From an uncultured delta proteobacterium (lineage in GTDB: Bacteria > Myxococcota_A > Polyangia > Fen-1088): DNA of 64,000 nt. The notes beneath the pieces were generated by a model, which searched no databases, had not been told where the DNA came from, and saw only the letters and a list, made by a program, of their open reading frames with translations. A program made the position numbers and the translations under genes. Below, piece by piece: positions 59,598-64,000 of this stretch (positions within the stretch are counted from its first letter, which is position 1; each line of letters opens with the position of its first letter). The stretch covers positions 192,001 to 256,000 of the forward strand of contig CAVTRY010000012.1 of the NCBI GenBank assembly GCA_963737265.1. The letters are read 5' to 3'.

Positions 59598-60885
59598 CAG
59601 GGTCATCGCATCTAAATCCCGAACGATCTTCGTGGTATAGCCGGCGCACCAGAGAGGAACGTTTTTTGATTGAAGGGCGATATCGTGGCTTGTTCGTAAG
59701 TCATGAAGCGAACAACCGTGGCGGAACGAGAAAAGGAAGAGCTGGCGGCATCGATCCTGGAGTACTTCGCGTCGGTGCCGGATCCGCGGGTGGAGCGGAC
59801 GCGGCACCACGCGCTGACGGACATCCTGATGCTATCGTTGTGTGCCGTGGTCTGTGGTGCTGACTCCTTCTGTGCTATCGAGACCTATGGGCGGGCAAGA
59901 GAAGCCTGGTTACGAACGTTTATCGGTCTGCGCGGCGGGATTCCCACACACGACACCATCGGGAGGGTGTTTGCAGCCCTGAATCCAGATGCCCTGGCTG
60001 AGAGGTTCCGGCAGTGGATCTTGAGCGTGGCGCGACTCACGAAAGGCGAGGTCGTGGCCATCGACGGCAAGACGCTGCGACGATCCTTCCAAGAGGCCGG
60101 CAGCCACGCTTTCGTCCACATGGTTAGTGCCTGGGCCACCAACAACCACGTGGTTCTTGGGCAGGTCAAGACAGAGGAGAAATCCAACGAGATCACTGCC
60201 ATTCCGCGGTTGCTCAAGCTCCTGAAGATCAAGGGCTGTCTAGTAACTATCGATGCGATGGGCTGCCAGAAGCAGATCACCGCAGATATCCAGGACGCCG
60301 ACGCGGATTACCTGCTCGCGGTGAAGGAGAACCAACCCACGCTCAGCGCTGAAGTGACGACAATCTTCGCGCATTGTCGTCGCGACCCGACGGGATTGGA
60401 CGTGGATTTTCACGAGACACGCGATGTTGGGCACGGACGAACCGAGGTTCGCCGGTGCTGGACCACAAACATGGTCGAGAGCATCTCCCAGTACCAGGAA
60501 TGGACGGGTCTGAGCAGCTTGGTATTGATCGAGTCCGAGCGCACGGTCTCGGGGCACACTTCAACCGAGTGCCGCTACTACATCAGTTCGCGAAAGAACC
60601 TCCCAGCAGATGCCGCTCTCGACGCCGCTCGGAAGCACTGGGGAATCGAAAATGAATTGCACTGGGTTCTCGACGTCACTTTCCGTGAGGACGAATGCCG
60701 TGTTCGCGCCGGCAACGCCGCCCAGAACTTTGCAGTGATGCGCCACATCTCACTCAACCTCCTCAAATCAGTCAAAGACTGCAAGCTCAGCATCAGGCTT
60801 CGCCGAATGCGCGCGGCATGGGATCAGGACTTCATTCTGCAAGTCCTCATGGCCCAACCCGATGTGGGATGATGCGATGACCCTG
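59598..60885 (+). mobile_element. ISAs1 family insertion sequence (1288 bp)
   Basis: 15-bp perfect IR CAGGGTCATCGCATC; 10-bp TSD GGATCGCACA (59588-59597, 60886-60895). Confidence 0.95.
59703..60872 (+). CDS. ISAs1 family transposase
   Basis: DPR, IPTHDT, AIDGKTLR, KSNEITAIP, TIDAMGCQ, VKENQ, HGR.E.R, HWGIENELHWVLDV.F.ED. Confidence 0.97.
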   Translation: MKRTTVAEREKEELAASILEYFASVPDPRVERTRHHALTDILMLSLCAVVCGADSFCAIETYGRAREAWLRTFIGLRGGIPTHDTIGRVFAALNPDALAERFRQWILSVARLTKGEVVAIDGKTLRRSFQEAGSHAFVHMVSAWATNNHVVLGQVKTEEKSNEITAIPRLLKLLKIKGCLVTIDAMGCQKQITADIQDADADYLLAVKENQPTLSAEVTTIFAHCRRDPTGLDVDFHETRDVGHGRTEVRRCWTTNMVESISQYQEWTGLSSLVLIESERTVSGHTSTECRYYISSRKNLPADAALDAARKHWGIENELHWVLDVTFREDECRVRAGNAAQNFAVMRHISLNLLKSVKDCKLSIRLRRMRAAWDQDFILQVLMAQPDVG

Positions 60886-60913
60886 GGATCGCACATCGCA
60901 TGGCTACAGAGCC

Positions 60914-61394
60914 CTATCGGTAGGGGGCGAACTGGCGACGCCACGAAAAGTTCGGGGCTTCGTTATGGGCGTGGAGGAGACCATCTGTCGGCTCTCACGG
61001 TATATCTGAGTGCCTTCCCACTCGGATTCACCAGGGAGCGGCGCATCTCTCTCGCTCTGGCCCACCTATTCGCCAACCCATAGGGGGCGCGCAGCGGCGG
61101 TCAAGGGCGCGCAGCGGCTCGCGAAGCGAGCGAACCCTTGACGGCTGCGAGCACCCCCGCACGATTGCCGAATGTGGGACGCGGGTGCCCGTCCGCCCTT
61201 GGGTGTCCGTGATAATCCACCCGGTGGATCACGAAATAGCGTGATATCCAACACCAGCATTCTCACCATGGGGAATGATGTCGTATCTTTGCGATCCTCA
61301 GAAGTTCCAGAACGATGGCTTGGCCTCGACCCCAATGTTCCAGCGTGAGCTGAAGTCGTAGATGTCCTCCAGCCCATTCGCGTTGGCGAAACCG
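60914..61394 (-). pseudogene. Second copy of the phosphoesterase-like protein C-terminal tail, split by a MITE
   Basis: GLEDIYDFSSRWNIGVEAKPSFWNF*GSQRYDIIPHGENAG | LLHAHNEAPNFSWRRQFAPYR*, matching the last ~60 aa of 62618-64000. Confidence 0.88.
60986..61253. mobile_element. 268-bp TGT..ACA-ended non-coding element (MITE-like)
   Basis: Imperfect IRs TGTCGGCTCTCACGGTAT / TGTTGGATATCACGCTAT (14 of 18); flanks CCATC / CCAGC; removal restores ENAGLLH. Confidence 0.75.
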
Positions 61395-61397
61395 GCA

Positions 61398-62606
61398 TCA
61401 ATACGCAATCAGCAACCAATCTCCCTCGGCACCCTGGCCGATGGCGAAACGGGGACGCTTGCCTTGCGTGGCGTCCTGTTCTAGAAAAATCTCTCGGACA
61501 GGCACGGTTGCCTCGACCTTTTGCCCGCCGCGGTCAGAGATACTTGAGAATCTGTAGCTGGTATCGTGAAGAAGTATAGGCGATGTCCACGATGGCGAGA
61601 TGAAGATCTCACCCGCGAAATCCTGTAGGCTACGTTTCCAAAGCAGCTCGAATCTGCGATCTATGCGTTGAATAATCGTCTCATGTGAGCCCGAGGTGAA
61701 CAAAAAGTCGGTGCCGCGGGATGCGAAGAAACGGCCTGCGCCGATTCCGTCAGTCTCATATCGGGTTCGCACCAGTCCCCAGTCCACGGGGCCACCGGAT
61801 TGTGGACTACCCCCTTGGGTCCAAAACCACTCCCGCTTGGTCTTCATCCATGAGTAAGGCCTTTGTACGATGATGTTTCCGTGGGGATCGAGAATGGTCA
61901 CGACAGAAGGCCAAACCTGGTCTGGGAGTACGCCGGTTGTGCTGATGGGATGTCTTTCCAAATACACATCGAGAACGAGCATCTCTCCGGCATCGGACAC
62001 CAGCATCTTCGCTTCCTTCGGCTGGAAGCCTGCCGAGCAAGGCGCCTTGATGCTCGAGGGGTCACTGGAACACGCAGGTTTGTCCGAAACCGACACCAAC
62101 GGCCGATTCCTTGTCATAGGAGCGCGTCCGTCCAAGTCAAAGTAGGAGAGCGCTCGATCAGTGACCTCCCAAAGGCCGCTCGGTCCGGCGTAGTAGTTGG
62201 TCTTCTCGGAGGGAACAGGTAGCTGTCGCGTTCGGCCCGGGCGCAGGTTGTCGGTGTCGTACTCCACCACCTCGCCAGTCGAGGCAACGATCAGATGCCT
62301 TTCTAAAACGCGAGATGCCACCACATCACCCACGAGGGATAAGGGAGATCGTGCCAGCTCCTGACCTTCCTTGTTCCACAAGACGAGGTCCCTCGGCTCC
62401 TTCTCGAGCGTCTTGACGACGGCAAGAATTCTGCCACCCGGAAGCGCATGGATGGGCGGAAGGATCTCGCCCGTGGCCGGCCACGAGGCCTGCCGGCCGG
62501 TGAGCTGCAACCGTTGGTTTAGACTGCGGACTGTTACGAAGTCTTCTCCTGCGCGAACATTTCCGGCCATCATCAACCCTGCCAAAGTGAAAAGGAAGTA
62601 TTCCAT
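61398..62606 (-). CDS. Secreted hypothetical beta-rich protein (putative immunity/partner protein)
   Basis: 402 aa; signal-like MEYFLFTLAGLMMAGNVRA; 11 bp downstream of the phosphoesterase-like gene; has a paralog. Confidence 0.75.
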   Translation of the reverse strand: MEYFLFTLAGLMMAGNVRAGEDFVTVRSLNQRLQLTGRQASWPATGEILPPIHALPGGRILAVVKTLEKEPRDLVLWNKEGQELARSPLSLVGDVVASRVLERHLIVASTGEVVEYDTDNLRPGRTRQLPVPSEKTNYYAGPSGLWEVTDRALSYFDLDGRAPMTRNRPLVSVSDKPACSSDPSSIKAPCSAGFQPKEAKMLVSDAGEMLVLDVYLERHPISTTGVLPDQVWPSVVTILDPHGNIIVQRPYSWMKTKREWFWTQGGSPQSGGPVDWGLVRTRYETDGIGAGRFFASRGTDFLFTSGSHETIIQRIDRRFELLWKRSLQDFAGEIFISPSWTSPILLHDTSYRFSSISDRGGQKVEATVPVREIFLEQDATQGKRPRFAIGQGAEGDWLLIAY

Positions 62607-62617
62607 AGCACCAGAAT

Positions 62618-64000
62618 CTACTTGTAATTGGGGAACTGACGGCGCCAGGTGAAGTTGGGGGCCTCGTTGTGCGTGTGGAGGAGGCCGGTGTTTTCGCCGT
62701 GAGGAATGATGTCGTACTTCTGCGAGCCCCAGAAGTTCCCGAACGAAGGCTTGGCCTCGACTTCGATGTTCCAGCACGAGCTTGCATCGTAAATGTCCTC
62801 CAGCCCCCCCGCACTGCCGAAGCGGAAAGACATGAATCTGCCGGCTTTGGAACCAAATTGGAGCCAGGCCATAAACTCTCCGCTCTGTTCTATGAGCACG
62901 TCGAAAACATTCTGAGCAGGCACGATCGTCTTTGGGTCGGGGTTACTTTTCGGTTTGAAGCGGCCCGACTGCTGCGCAAGTGGAATCTTGACCCAAGGGT
63001 TCCCATCGTTGGCCGTTGCCTTTCCAAAGAGAACCACATCCATGTTCATCGCCAGTACGTCCGGGAAGTTCTCGTGGAAGGTGATCGTAATCGAGTGCCT
63101 TACATCGCCAGCGGTCGCCCGCTCGAAAGGCTCGACGGCAATCTCCTTGAACACCTGGTTCTTCATCACGTGCAGGTAATCCACCGCGACGGCCAACCTG
63201 GGCTTGGTTTGGTCGAGCGTGGAGTACACGGGCTCGATGCTGGTCACATTACCGCTGTCCGAGATGGTCACCATTGTGCCCGAGGGGCGGTCGCTGCCAT
63301 ATTCGCCGAACGTGGCGCCACCGCCATAGAACCCGTCGAAGTTGATGCGCGGGAGCGGACCCGCGGAATCCGACACGATGATAGGTGGGCGGCCATTGAT
63401 ACGAGGCGCTGGATTGACGACCCCGCTCGGACTCCGCATGCCGTAGGCCTCGGTTGGATAGCCTTTGTCGTCAGCCGCTCCAAGCAGGTACATACTCTTG
63501 CGGTGCGAGTGGCCGGAAAACCCGCATGCCGTGACTTTGCCGTCGGCCATCTGCTTGTACAGTTCGGATCGCCGCTTTTCGAAGGTGCCGAAGTCGTATT
63601 TGCCAAAGGGGGCTCCGCCGCGAAGGAGCCCAGTGCCACCGACATCCACGTGGCCCAGGGTCGGACCCTCGCCATAGGAAACACTCTCGACGTAGCTCAC
63701 GAAGGTGAAGTGGCTCATGAGTACGGTCTTCTTGCCCGCGGTTGCATCGGGCTTGGCTAGCGCGAGCTGCGCAGCGGTGACCGCCTCGTTGGCGCGCGGA
63801 AGGTGTCCCAACAGACCACCCTGGCCGAGCGACCCAGGCAGGCTCACCGATTCTTCGCTTTCGCCCCAGCCCAAGCCGGCGAGAAGAATCTTGGGCAGCT
63901 GCAGGTTGAAATCCAAGAAGGGGGTCAGGACGGCATAGAACCACTCGTAGTATTGCGGATCGAAGAGCTCCCCCAAGGCAACGCTGTCCCAAGATTCGCC
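62618..64000 (-). CDS. Large protein with calcineurin-like metallophosphoesterase C-terminal motifs (5' part outside the window)
   Basis: Frame open to the window edge; VLMSH and FSGHSH resemble MPP motifs IV and V. Confidence 0.6.
   Translation of the reverse strand, partial: GESWDSVALGELFDPQYYEWFYAVLTPFLDFNLQLPKILLAGLGWGESEESVSLPGSLGQGGLLGHLPRANEAVTAAQLALAKPDATAGKKTVLMSHFTFVSYVESVSYGEGPTLGHVDVGGTGLLRGGAPFGKYDFGTFEKRRSELYKQMADGKVTACGFSGHSHRKSMYLLGAADDKGYPTEAYGMRSPSGVVNPAPRINGRPPIIVSDSAGPLPRINFDGFYGGGATFGEYGSDRPSGTMVTISDSGNVTSIEPVYSTLDQTKPRLAVAVDYLHVMKNQVFKEIAVEPFERATAGDVRHSITITFHENFPDVLAMNMDVVLFGKATANDGNPWVKIPLAQQSGRFKPKSNPDPKTIVPAQNVFDVLIEQSGEFMAWLQFGSKAGRFMSFRFGSAGGLEDIYDASSCWNIEVEAKPSFGNFWGSQKYDIIPHGENTGLLHTHNEAPNFTWRRQFPNYK

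Larger units (their letters stand above)
58172..60901 (-). pseudogene. Second paralog of the secreted partner (putative immunity) gene, interrupted by ISAs1 and a MITE
   Basis: Removing both elements and one copy of each TSD restores MRCAILVFAG..SPLDIVGEVK..GDWLLIAY, colinear with 61398-62606. Confidence 0.88.

Overview
GC-rich bacterial window. Gene style and the Gly/Thr-rich lipoprotein suggest Myxococcota/Polyangia, but this is inference and was not tested. Layout: (i) 0-12 kb housekeeping-type genes: pyrG, SDR, RhlE-like helicase with an unusual NEAD motif, ABC-F, transaldolase, HPF-like protein, fatty-acid desaturase. (ii) 12-35 kb decayed stress/envelope island headed by a XylR/V4R-type sigma54 activator. 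I find seven sigma54 promoters tied to one paired upstream box (TCR-N3-YGA twice, 21-22 bp apart). The island ends in pirin and a frameshifted cyclic beta-1,2-glucan synthase. (iii) 36.7-51 kb intact minus-strand Mo-nitrogenase cluster, GNAT-nifA-[sigma54]-nifH-D-K-X-fdx-W-E-N-draG-draT-nifB-nifV, apparently mosaic in origin. (iv) 53-64 kb variable region: a 193-bp direct repeat around a putative L,D-peptidase toxin cassette, a GH27 pseudogene, a cytochrome c/b-like pair and a Phd-VapC TA module. It also holds a tandem array made of a metallophosphoesterase-like protein 3' end plus a secreted partner gene (candidate effector/immunity system), hit by an ISAs1 element, an ISAs1-type MITE and a TG..CA MITE.
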